Assembly (NCBI GenBank): GCA_038213805.1
Contig: JBBQSO010000008.1
Span: 1 to 64,000 of the forward strand
Source: Planctomycetota bacterium
Lineage (GTDB): Bacteria > Planctomycetota > UBA11346
DNA: 64,000 bases
Reading direction: 5' to 3'
A program made the translations under genes and the position numbers. Below the pieces are notes generated by a model that saw only the letters and a list, made by a program, of their open reading frames with translations, searched no databases and was not told where the DNA came from. This document shows positions 20,880 through 28,690 of the stretch, one piece after another; positions within the stretch are counted from its first letter, which is position 1, and the number at the start of each line of letters is the position of its first letter.

Positions 20880-21058
20880 CCGCTGCGCACCATGATCCCG
20901 CCCATGACGTCGATTCCGCTCCCGTGTGCCTGGCTCGTACGAGCCGCCGTCCAGAAGCATGGACGCGCGCAGCGGGTGGGTTGTCCAGGTGCAGGCACCT
21001 GACCGACCCGGATCGGTACCGATCCCCTGACCCGCTGCAGACCGCAGCGGGTTTTTTC
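20880..21058 (+). promoter_or_regulatory. Putative transcription attenuator upstream of the EamA transporter
   Basis: Terminator acccgctgc-agacc-gcagcgggt-ttttt (21030-21057). gcgcagcgggt (20967-20977) can sequester the terminator 5' arm, and ccgctgcgc (20880-20888) can sequester that segment. Confidence 0.6.
21030..21057 (+). terminator. Rho-independent terminator in the EamA leader
   Basis: 9-bp GC-rich stem, 5-nt loop, U-tract. Confidence 0.8.
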
Positions 21059-21076
21059 GTATCCAAGGAGCCTCCC

Positions 21077-21199
21077 ATGTCCGCCACCCGCCATCCCCGC
21101 ATCCGCTCCGTCTGTGTTGGGGCCCAGACCCGGACTCCGGTGGTGCTGCCGCGCTGGCTGCGTGCGGATGCGGGCTCCGGTCCAGGCGGACGGTCATGA
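21077..21199 (+). CDS. Possible 40-aa upstream ORF coupled to EamA
   Basis: AAGGAG Shine-Dalgarno at 21065-21070, ATG at 21077, and a stop overlapping the EamA ATG (ATGA). Confidence 0.35.
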   Translation: MSATRHPRIRSVCVGAQTRTPVVLPRWLRADAGSGPGGRS

Positions 21200-22149
21200 A
21201 CGCGCCCGATACCGCTCACCCTGCGCCCGCCATCGCGCGGCCGCCCACCGTGCACCTGGTCATCGCCTTCGCGCTGCTCTACGTGGTGTGGGGCAGCACC
21301 TATCTCGGCATGGCCATGGCCGTGGAGACCATGCCGCCGCTGCTCATGGCGGCGATCCGCTTCGCGTCTGCGGGTGGCTTGCTCTACGCCTTCCTGCGCC
21401 TGCGCGGCGGGGCACGACCGGGACTGCGCCAGTGGAGCTCGGCGCTGCTCGTCGGCACCCTGCTATTCCTCGGCGGCAATGGCGTGGTGTGCATGGCCGA
21501 GCAGGCGGGCGTGCCCTCGGGTGTGGCCGCGCTGATCATCGCCACCACACCGCTCTGGCTGACCGTGCTGCCGTGGCTGGCCCGGCGCAGCCCGCGCCCG
21601 CACGCCGCCGTATTCGCCGGCATCGCCATCGGCCTGCTCGGCGTGGGCGTGCTCATCGGCGGCTCCGGGCTGGCCAGCACCTCGACGCGCGTGGTCCTCG
21701 GCATGCTCGCCATCCTCGCCTCGTCGCTGTTCTGGGCGCTCGGCTCGCTGTGGGCCAAGGCCCTGCCACTGCCGACTTCGCCGTGGATGTCCTCGGCGCT
21801 GCAGATGCTGTGTGGCAGCATCGGGCTGGCCCTTGCTGGGCTGCTCAGCGGCGAACGCCTCGATCCGGCCACGATTTCTGCCCGCTCCGGCTGGGCGTTG
21901 ATCTATCTGATCCTGATCGGCGCCATCGTCGGCTTCGGCTCCTTCGTCTACCTGATGCGCTGGAGCACCCCGGCGCGGGTCTCGACCTACGCCTACGTCA
22001 ATCCGATGGTGGCGGTCCTGCTCGGCTGGCTGTTCGCCCATGAGGCGGTCACCGACCGCATCATCGTGGCTGGCGGCCTGATCATCGCCTCCGTGGTGCT
22101 GATCCTGACCGCGGGCAAGGCCCGGACCGGATCACGTCAGGATTCGTAA
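21196..22149 (+). CDS. EamA/DMT-family transporter (YedA-like)
   Basis: LYVVWGSTYL, PPLLMAAIRF, PSGVAALIIATTPLW and VSTYAYVNPMVAVLLG. Confidence 0.93.
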   Translation: MNAPDTAHPAPAIARPPTVHLVIAFALLYVVWGSTYLGMAMAVETMPPLLMAAIRFASAGGLLYAFLRLRGGARPGLRQWSSALLVGTLLFLGGNGVVCMAEQAGVPSGVAALIIATTPLWLTVLPWLARRSPRPHAAVFAGIAIGLLGVGVLIGGSGLASTSTRVVLGMLAILASSLFWALGSLWAKALPLPTSPWMSSALQMLCGSIGLALAGLLSGERLDPATISARSGWALIYLILIGAIVGFGSFVYLMRWSTPARVSTYAYVNPMVAVLLGWLFAHEAVTDRIIVAGGLIIASVVLILTAGKARTGSRQDS

Positions 22150-22257
22150 GCCTTTGCTGGACGGGAGCCTGCAATGCTGAGCAGATTCCCGACCGGCAGC
22201 GCGTGGAGTTGGGGTACATTGGCATATCGTGCGCGTCGACCCGGGCGCGGAGGACCC

Positions 22258-22878
22258 ATGCAGATCCCCTCATCGACAACCGGCAATCTGGCAGCCCTGA
22301 TCGCCAAGTACCAGGCGGCGGCGAAGTCGCTGAGCGCCCCCACCGCGACGGGCGCAGGCGGCCACAACCCGGCGGCCTCGCGCACGGACAGCGCCAGTTT
22401 CAGCCCGGCATCGCTGCGCGCACTCCAGCAGAACACCGCGCAACAGATGGCGATGCTGCAGTTCACCGCACCACAGACCGACTCGTCCTCCTCCTCCCCC
22501 ACGAATGGTCTCGAATCCCTACTCGCCGGGTTCTCGTCTGCGGGCGTCTCCGGCCAGCTCGCGGCGCTGCTCGCCAAGCACGCGGACAGCGCGGCCATAG
22601 GCAACGACGGTAAGGCCCCAGTCGCCACCGCCGCCGATCTGGTCAAACAGGCGAAGCAGAACCTTGCGCAGTCGACCGCCATGATGTTCAGCGACAGCAA
22701 CGGCCAGGACGGCAACGCGAACCATGCCAACGACGGCCTGTCCGCACTGCTGACCTCCTACGGCCAGTCCATCACCGACGCCGGCAACAAGGCGATCAAG
22801 ATCGCCCAGGACCGCATCACTGCCGCCGCCGCCCACAAGCCCACCACACCAGGGCCGGGCGGCACCCACGCGCCATGA
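22258..22878 (+). CDS. Hypothetical low-complexity Ala/Ser/Gln-rich protein
   Basis: GGAGG SD before the ATG; host-like codon usage; no recognised domain. Confidence 0.65.
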   Translation: MQIPSSTTGNLAALIAKYQAAAKSLSAPTATGAGGHNPAASRTDSASFSPASLRALQQNTAQQMAMLQFTAPQTDSSSSSPTNGLESLLAGFSSAGVSGQLAALLAKHADSAAIGNDGKAPVATAADLVKQAKQNLAQSTAMMFSDSNGQDGNANHANDGLSALLTSYGQSITDAGNKAIKIAQDRITAAAAHKPTTPGPGGTHAP

Positions 22879-22911
22879 GCCGCTGCGCCACGCTGGCGTG
22901 CGCCCGCATAC

Positions 22912-24042
22912 CTATAACCCCTGCGCCGCCTTCCCGTCGGCCAGCCGGCACAGCAGCTCCGCCCCCTTCTCAAGAACCTCATCCTTGACCGTGTAGCAGA
23001 TGCGGAAGTGCGACCTGCGCTCGCTGAACACGCTGCCGGGGATGATCAGCAGGTTGTTCTTGATGGCGAGTTCGACGAACTGGTCGCCGCTCAGCCCATT
23101 CGGCGCCTTTGCCCACAGATAGAATGCGCCGTCGGGTGGCGCGAGCTCGAAGACCGGCGCCAGGATGCCGACCATCAGGTCGCGCTTGCGGCGGTAGGCG
23201 TCGATATTCGGCTGATTGTCGACCTGCGGGCAGGCGAGTGCGGCGTACTGCGTGACCGACGGCGCGCACACGAAGCTGTACTGCTGGACCTTGGTCATGG
23301 CCTGGATCACCGCGGCCGGGCCGGCCGCGTAGCCGAGGCGCCAGCCGGTCATGCCGAACGACTTGCTGTGGCCGACCAGCACCACGGTGTCCGGGTAGAC
23401 CTCGGCCATCGAGGTCATCGGGACATAGGCGAATGCGCGGTAGATCTCATCGCTGATCACGGTGATGCCGTGCTTCGCGCAGACCCTGGCGATGGCCTCC
23501 AGTTCACTCTTCGGGAAAATGCGGCCGGTCGGGTTGCCGGGGCTGTTGAGCAGCAGGAGGCGGGTCTTCGGGGTGATCAGCTTCTCCAGCCGATCCGCGT
23601 CGATGCCGAAGCCGGTATCGTAGGTGTCGAGGTACACCGGCTTGCCGCCGAACAGGCTGACCAGGTGCTTGTACATGACGAAGTACGGATCGGGGATGAT
23701 CACCTCGTCGCCGTCGTCGACCAGCGCAAGCAGGGCAAGGAACAGCCCGCCGCTGACGCCGGAGGTGATCAGCACCTGGTCGGCGCCGTAGCTGCGCCCG
23801 GTGCAGGCCAGTTCATCAGCGGTGACCAGCGCGCGCAGCTCGGGGATGCCCTGGGTTTGAGTGTAGGTGTTGCGGCCGGCGGTGATCGCGGCGATCGCGG
23901 CTTCCTTCACCTGCGGGGCGACATCGAAGTCGGGCTGGCCGATCGAGAGGTTGATCGGGTCCTTCATGGTGCGCGCGAGGTCGAAAATCTTGCGGATGCC
24001 GCTCGAATCGATGCGGGAGACGCGAGTGGCGAGGCGGGTCAT
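22912..24042 (-). CDS. PLP-dependent aminotransferase, class I/II
   Basis: INLSIGQPDF, NSPGNPTG, ISDEIY and SKSFGMTGWRLGY (PLP lysine). Confidence 0.95.
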   Translation of the reverse strand: MTRLATRVSRIDSSGIRKIFDLARTMKDPINLSIGQPDFDVAPQVKEAAIAAITAGRNTYTQTQGIPELRALVTADELACTGRSYGADQVLITSGVSGGLFLALLALVDDGDEVIIPDPYFVMYKHLVSLFGGKPVYLDTYDTGFGIDADRLEKLITPKTRLLLLNSPGNPTGRIFPKSELEAIARVCAKHGITVISDEIYRAFAYVPMTSMAEVYPDTVVLVGHSKSFGMTGWRLGYAAGPAAVIQAMTKVQQYSFVCAPSVTQYAALACPQVDNQPNIDAYRRKRDLMVGILAPVFELAPPDGAFYLWAKAPNGLSGDQFVELAIKNNLLIIPGSVFSERRSHFRICYTVKDEVLEKGAELLCRLADGKAAQGL

Positions 24043-24116
24043 GGCGTGTCCGTCCGGGTGTGGTGGAACGGTACGAGGCTGGTAGGGCGCGCAACGGGTT
24101 GCCGGGGCCAGGATGG

Positions 24117-24271
24117 GTGCGGAGTGCGGAGTGCGGAGTGCGGAGTGCGGAGTGCGGAGTGCGGAGTGCAGAGTGACCATTCGAAGGCACGATGCCCGTC
24201 GTCACACGTGCGCATTTTTCAAAAGGTTGTGTGGGACCCACCCGGTACCGTGATATTCACGGTCACTCCGC
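24117..24271. repeat. GGAGTGC inverted-tandem element, copy 2 ((GGAGTGC)7+, 78-nt core, short right arm)
   Basis: 24121-24169 perfect units ending gagtgaccat (24180); acggtcactccgc at 24259-24271. Confidence 0.9.
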
Positions 24272-24311
24272 GCCTCCCCTCCGGCGCAACCCGCACGAGG
24301 CCGGAACCGAT

Positions 24312-24740
24312 TCAGGCGCGGTTCTTCACCAGCAGCAACCTATTCGGCTCGCCCGTCTTGTACTGATAGTCGACGCGGTCCATGATGCGACGCATCAGGA
24401 AAACGCCTAGGCCGCCGGAGCGCCCGTTGGCGGCGTGCTGGGCGATGTCGACGTCGGTCATCGACTTCGGGTCGAACGAGGCGCCCTGGTCGACGATCTC
24501 GATGAGGAACATGTCCGGGGTGACCTGGACGGTGAGGTCGATGGTCGCCTTGCCGCGCGGCTGGTCGGCGTAGCCGTGCTCGATGATGTTGGTCACCGCC
24601 TCGTCGACCGCGATCTGCAGGCGATTGAGGTAGTGCGCAGGGAACTCGCCGCACTGCACCCCGCTGCGCACCAGTTCGCGCACCTGGGCCAGATAGGCCA
24701 GGTCGTTGTTGATGGTCAGGCGTTGGCGGAAGTCGCTCAC
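24312..24740 (-). CDS. rsbW: Anti-sigma factor / serine kinase (RsbW/SpoIIAB, HATPase_c)
   Basis: AVDEAVTNIIEHGY N-box, DQGASFD and GGLGVFLMRRIMD. GTG start overlaps the upstream stop. Confidence 0.9.
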   Translation of the reverse strand: MSDFRQRLTINNDLAYLAQVRELVRSGVQCGEFPAHYLNRLQIAVDEAVTNIIEHGYADQPRGKATIDLTVQVTPDMFLIEIVDQGASFDPKSMTDVDIAQHAANGRSGGLGVFLMRRIMDRVDYQYKTGEPNRLLLVKNRA

Positions 24741-26653
24741 GAGGTGCGCTTCACCGAGATGATGGTCAAGTCATCGGACTGCTCGGCGTCACCGCGGTGC
24801 TCGGCGATCTCCTCGACCACGCGCGCCAGCATGGTGCGCGCGTCACCAGCGCCGTAGCGGGCGATCGCCTCGTAGAAGCGCTCCTCGCCGAACTCCTGGT
24901 TCTCGGCGTTCATCGCCTCGGGGAAGCCGTCGGTGAAGATCACCATGGTGTCGCCCGGCTGGAGGACGGTGCGGGTCTCCTGGATGGTCTTGTCGAAGAC
25001 CGGGCCCTCGTTGAAACCCAGGGCGATGCCCTTGCCGGTGCCGAGCTCGTAGGTGCCCGTGGCGGCGCGGTAGATGACCATCGGATTGTGGCCGGCCGAG
25101 GCATAGGTCAGGCCGCCGGTACGCTCATCGAGGATGGCATAGAAGGCGGTCACGAACATGCCACGCTTGATCTGTCGGGCGATCAGGCGGTTGGTATCCT
25201 TGAGCGTGTCGGCCGCACGGTGCTGGTACTTGTTGGCGACCAAGCGCACGATGGTGCGCGTCACCGCCATCACCATCGAACCGGGGATGCCCTTCCCCGA
25301 GACGTCGGCGACGATGAAGCCCCACAGCCCGTTGCCGAGCGGGATGAAGTCGAAGTAGTCGCCTGAGACCGCCTTGGCGCCCTGGTAGAAGGCGGCGCAG
25401 TCGTAGCCGGTGATGGCAGGGGCCTCGGCGGGCAGCAACTGGCGCTGGACCTCATGCGCGATCGACAGCTCATACTCGGCTTTTTCCTGCTCGACCAGCG
25501 CGACCTGCGCGACTTTGAGGTTCTGGGTCATGCGATTGAACTCGACGGCGAGCTGGCCGATCTCGTCCTTGGAACGCGGCTTGGTCTCGTGGTCGAGGCG
25601 GCCGCGCGACACCACCTTCATGTCGTGGATGAGCAGATCGAGCGGCTTGGTGATGTTGCCGGCCAACCAGTTGGCCACAGCGATGACCACGCCGATGGCG
25701 ATGATCACGGCGATGCCGATGGTGGTGAAGAGGTTGTTGCGCACCTTCTTGACCGAGTCCGCAGCGATGTCGACGCGCACGTGGGCGTTCTCACCGGTGG
25801 CGGTCTTGCCGAAGCTGCTGTCGAGGAATATCTTGAAGCGGTAGATCGGGACCTCGCCGTTCGCGGTCGCCTTGACGCCCGGGTAGACCTGGATGAAGTC
25901 CTTGTTCAGCTGCATGTTCGCGCCCAGCTTGGGCACGTAGATCGAGGTGAACTGCGTGCCGACCACGGTCGAGGAGTCTTCGACGCCGATGCCGACCCCG
26001 GCGATCTCGGGCACCCCCGGGCAATCGAAGCGGATGGCCAGGATGTCGCTGGCGTTGACCCCCTGCATGCCCCAGTCGCGGGCGTCAGTCAGGTAGCCGA
26101 CGATCTCGTCCTTGATCTCCTGCTGGGTGGGCATCGCCACCTCATTGTCGCTCAGGCGTTTGTCGGTCAGCGATTTCAATTTCTTCAGCTTGACGTTGAC
26201 CGCGTTGGCGATCTGCGCGGACATGCGCGCGATCTCAATGCCGTCGTGTTGCTTCTGACCGAAGAGGAAGCTGTTGACGGTGCCGGCCATGGCCAGACCG
26301 AGGCCGATCAGCACCACCGCGGTGATGCCGGTCAGCACGAGCATGAACTTGGCGCGCAGGCCGAGGCCGCGCGCATTGGCGACGCCGGCGGGCCCCGCGG
26401 CCACGGTGCCGCGCTTGGGCTGCTTCATCGGGCCGGATATCTCGCGTTTCGGCCCACCACCCTGCTGGCCGCTGGCGCGCGGGTTTGCCGAAGTGGTGGG
26501 CGCGTAGCTGCCGGACGAAGCCGGCGTACGCACCGAATCGGTGTTCTGCTGCACGCCGTGGGAGGACGACACGCCCACGGAACGGGCGGCCGGGCGCCGG
26601 GCGGAAGCCTGGGCGGCGGTAGTGCGCTTGCTGTCGAAACGGCGATTGGCCAT
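24737..26653 (-). CDS. Membrane-bound PP2C phosphatase (SpoIIE/RsbU family) with HAMP domain
   Basis: Two TM helices, HAMP (ITKPL...DEIGQLAVEFNRM), VSGDYFDF, ADVSGKG, SAGHNP, FTDG and QSDDLTII. Confidence 0.93.
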   Translation of the reverse strand: MANRRFDSKRTTAAQASARRPAARSVGVSSSHGVQQNTDSVRTPASSGSYAPTTSANPRASGQQGGGPKREISGPMKQPKRGTVAAGPAGVANARGLGLRAKFMLVLTGITAVVLIGLGLAMAGTVNSFLFGQKQHDGIEIARMSAQIANAVNVKLKKLKSLTDKRLSDNEVAMPTQQEIKDEIVGYLTDARDWGMQGVNASDILAIRFDCPGVPEIAGVGIGVEDSSTVVGTQFTSIYVPKLGANMQLNKDFIQVYPGVKATANGEVPIYRFKIFLDSSFGKTATGENAHVRVDIAADSVKKVRNNLFTTIGIAVIIAIGVVIAVANWLAGNITKPLDLLIHDMKVVSRGRLDHETKPRSKDEIGQLAVEFNRMTQNLKVAQVALVEQEKAEYELSIAHEVQRQLLPAEAPAITGYDCAAFYQGAKAVSGDYFDFIPLGNGLWGFIVADVSGKGIPGSMVMAVTRTIVRLVANKYQHRAADTLKDTNRLIARQIKRGMFVTAFYAILDERTGGLTYASAGHNPMVIYRAATGTYELGTGKGIALGFNEGPVFDKTIQETRTVLQPGDTMVIFTDGFPEAMNAENQEFGEERFYEAIARYGAGDARTMLARVVEEIAEHRGDAEQSDDLTIISVKRTS

Positions 26654-26716
26654 GCGGTGGTTCCAACCCGGGGCGATCCGGAGCGGTGGCTCTCTTTCAA
26701 GGACGGACCATGCCGC

Positions 26717-27256
26717 TCAGTGCAGCATGGCGGCAGCGAGAATGCCTGCGACCAACCCGGCAGCGAGATCGTCGGCGAGGATGCCCCACGCTCCCGGAAG
26801 TCGCTCCAAGCGATTTATCGGCCAAGGCTTGCTGATGTCAAATACCCGGAAACCCACCACTACCGCAAGCACCGACTGGAGCGGAGCGGCGGTGAGCGTG
26901 GCACTCGGCAGCACGGCCAGGCCGAGCCACACCCCGGCGACCTCGTCGATCACCACCTGGGAGGGGTCCTGGCAGCCGAAACGACGCACCGCGCCAGGGC
27001 AGCTGGCCAGCCCGACTGCGGTGGCGAGAACGGCGAGCAGGGCGCAGGCGGCCTGGGCCTGGCCACCGGCCAAAAGCAGGATCGGGAGCGCCGACAAGCC
27101 TGCGGCGACGCTGCCCCAGGTGCCGGGTGCGGGACGCAGGAAGCCGACACCCAGGGCGGTCGCACCCAGCACGGACAGCGTTGCGCCCAGACCGGTTGGC
27201 GCTGCCCGCAGCGCGCGGCGCGGCGGCTCGCCGCCAGTCACCTCAGGCGTCGACAT
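26717..27256 (-). CDS. pgpA: Phosphatidylglycerophosphatase A
   Basis: PAPGTWGS, DPSQVVIDEVAG, FRVFDISKPWPI and GILADDLAAG. Confidence 0.93.
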   Translation of the reverse strand: MSTPEVTGGEPPRRALRAAPTGLGATLSVLGATALGVGFLRPAPGTWGSVAAGLSALPILLLAGGQAQAACALLAVLATAVGLASCPGAVRRFGCQDPSQVVIDEVAGVWLGLAVLPSATLTAAPLQSVLAVVVGFRVFDISKPWPINRLERLPGAWGILADDLAAGLVAGILAAAMLH

Positions 27257-27527
27257 CCAGTTCGCCGAAGCGTCCCTCAACGAGCTTGGCTAGGGCTTCC
27301 GTCGCCTGTTTAGCATCTGGGCCGTCAGCACTTATGATCAATTGACTGCCGCATTCGGCGGCCAGCATAAGCAGCTCAAGGACGCTCTTGGCGTTGACCA
27401 CCATGTCGTCTTTGGCAATCGTGATCTCGGCCACGTAGCGGCTCGCCGTGGTCGCGATCTGCGTCGACGGACGGGCGTGCATGCCCATCTTGTTGCTGAG
27501 CACCACCGTCGCCTCGGCCGTCGCCAT
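27243..27527 (-). CDS. ptsH: Phosphocarrier protein HPr
   Basis: NKMGMHARPS (His15), VNAKSVLELLML (Ser46) and SADGPDA. Confidence 0.93.
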   Translation of the reverse strand: MATAEATVVLSNKMGMHARPSTQIATTASRYVAEITIAKDDMVVNAKSVLELLMLAAECGSQLIISADGPDAKQATEALAKLVEGRFGELDVDA

Positions 27528-27714
27528 GTGCATCTCTCCGCGGTTGGAAGCCGCCTGCCAGGGGTCGCTGCCGGATGCTTTTCCAGCGCCGGAAGCCCCA
27601 CCGGTGTATCGTCTTGTAGCACGCTCCGCCAGCAAGGCAAAGGTCTGGCGCATGCGCCATGCGCAGGGTCCGGGCCACCGTTCCAGCCTGGTCAGTGGGG
27701 CCCGCAGCCGGAGG

Positions 27715-28473
27715 TCATTCCCCGCGGAACAGGCGATCGGCGAAGCGCTTGTCGAGGGCTTCGACTTCGCGGACCCGGCCGGCGGTGTCCTCGATGTCAT
27801 AGGCGACGCGGCGGAAGTAGACCGCCTGGCCGCTGTAGAGCGTGTAGCAGGCGCGCGGGTTGCGGTCGCGCGGTTGGCCGACCGAGCCGACATTGACCAG
27901 GTATTTGCCGTCGGAGACGTCGAAACCGTCCTCAAGATCGCCCGCCGGCAGGAAGCAGCGGTCGGCGGTGAACACCCCGGGCCGATGGGTGTGCCCGACG
28001 AAGCACAGGCGCTGGAAGCCGGCGAAGATCGAGTCCATCTTGTCCGGGTCTGCGCCCTCCCACAGGTCGCTCTCCAGGACGTACTCCATGACCGGGTCGC
28101 GCGGGCTGCCGTGGACCAGCAGCAGGTCACCGAGCTCGTGGCGGATGGGCAGGTTTTGGAGCAGCTCGAGGATGGCCTTTCTCTGCGCGACCGGCTGGAC
28201 CTTCTGCAGGGTGTCGCGCGTCCAATCGATGGCGCGCTTGGCGGCGGCGTGGAAGCCGTAGGCGCCATAGAGCAGCGCGTGTTCGTGGTTGCCCATCAGG
28301 ATGAGCTTGCAGCGCGAGGCCACCAGGTCGATGCACTCGCGCGGTTGCGGCCCATAACCGACGACGTCGCCCAGGCAGAAGATGCGCTCCACCGTGCCCA
28401 GCGAATCAATGTCCGCGAGCACCGCGTTGAGCGCGGCGAGGTTGGCGTGGATGTCGGAGATGAACGCAATCAC
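27715..28473 (-). CDS. Calcineurin-like metallophosphoesterase
   Basis: SDIHAN, GDVVGYGP, GNHE, HGSP, GHTH and NVGSVGQPRD. Confidence 0.93.
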   Translation of the reverse strand: MIAFISDIHANLAALNAVLADIDSLGTVERIFCLGDVVGYGPQPRECIDLVASRCKLILMGNHEHALLYGAYGFHAAAKRAIDWTRDTLQKVQPVAQRKAILELLQNLPIRHELGDLLLVHGSPRDPVMEYVLESDLWEGADPDKMDSIFAGFQRLCFVGHTHRPGVFTADRCFLPAGDLEDGFDVSDGKYLVNVGSVGQPRDRNPRACYTLYSGQAVYFRRVAYDIEDTAGRVREVEALDKRFADRLFRGE

Positions 28474-28690
28474 GGGCGTGGCGCCGGGGGTGGATCAGCC
28501 ATGTTCCGCAGGGGCCCCCGACTGTCCAGCATTCAGGGCGGGAGTCTGCCTGCGCCGCACTGAAGAGCCCAGACCCTCGAGCCGAGATGGTGGTCCATCA
28601 ACCAACTGCCAGTTCCGGGCAGCGGATTGACGGTGGTCAGCGGTCTCAGGTCTCGGTTCTCGGGCCCCTCCCGCGGGCCTGGGAGAAGGC

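Noticed and set aside
27528..28268. 341-aa ORF suggesting an extended HPr fusion
   Set aside because: The upstream portion is an alternative frame of the metallophosphoesterase; HPr has its own SD (GGAGAG) and a start at 27527/27533.
28562..28669. Degenerate heptamer pair (agagccc/agaccct versus ggtctca/ggtctcg/gttctcg) after rnr
   Set aside because: Probably a decayed member of the inverted-array family, but too degenerate to call.
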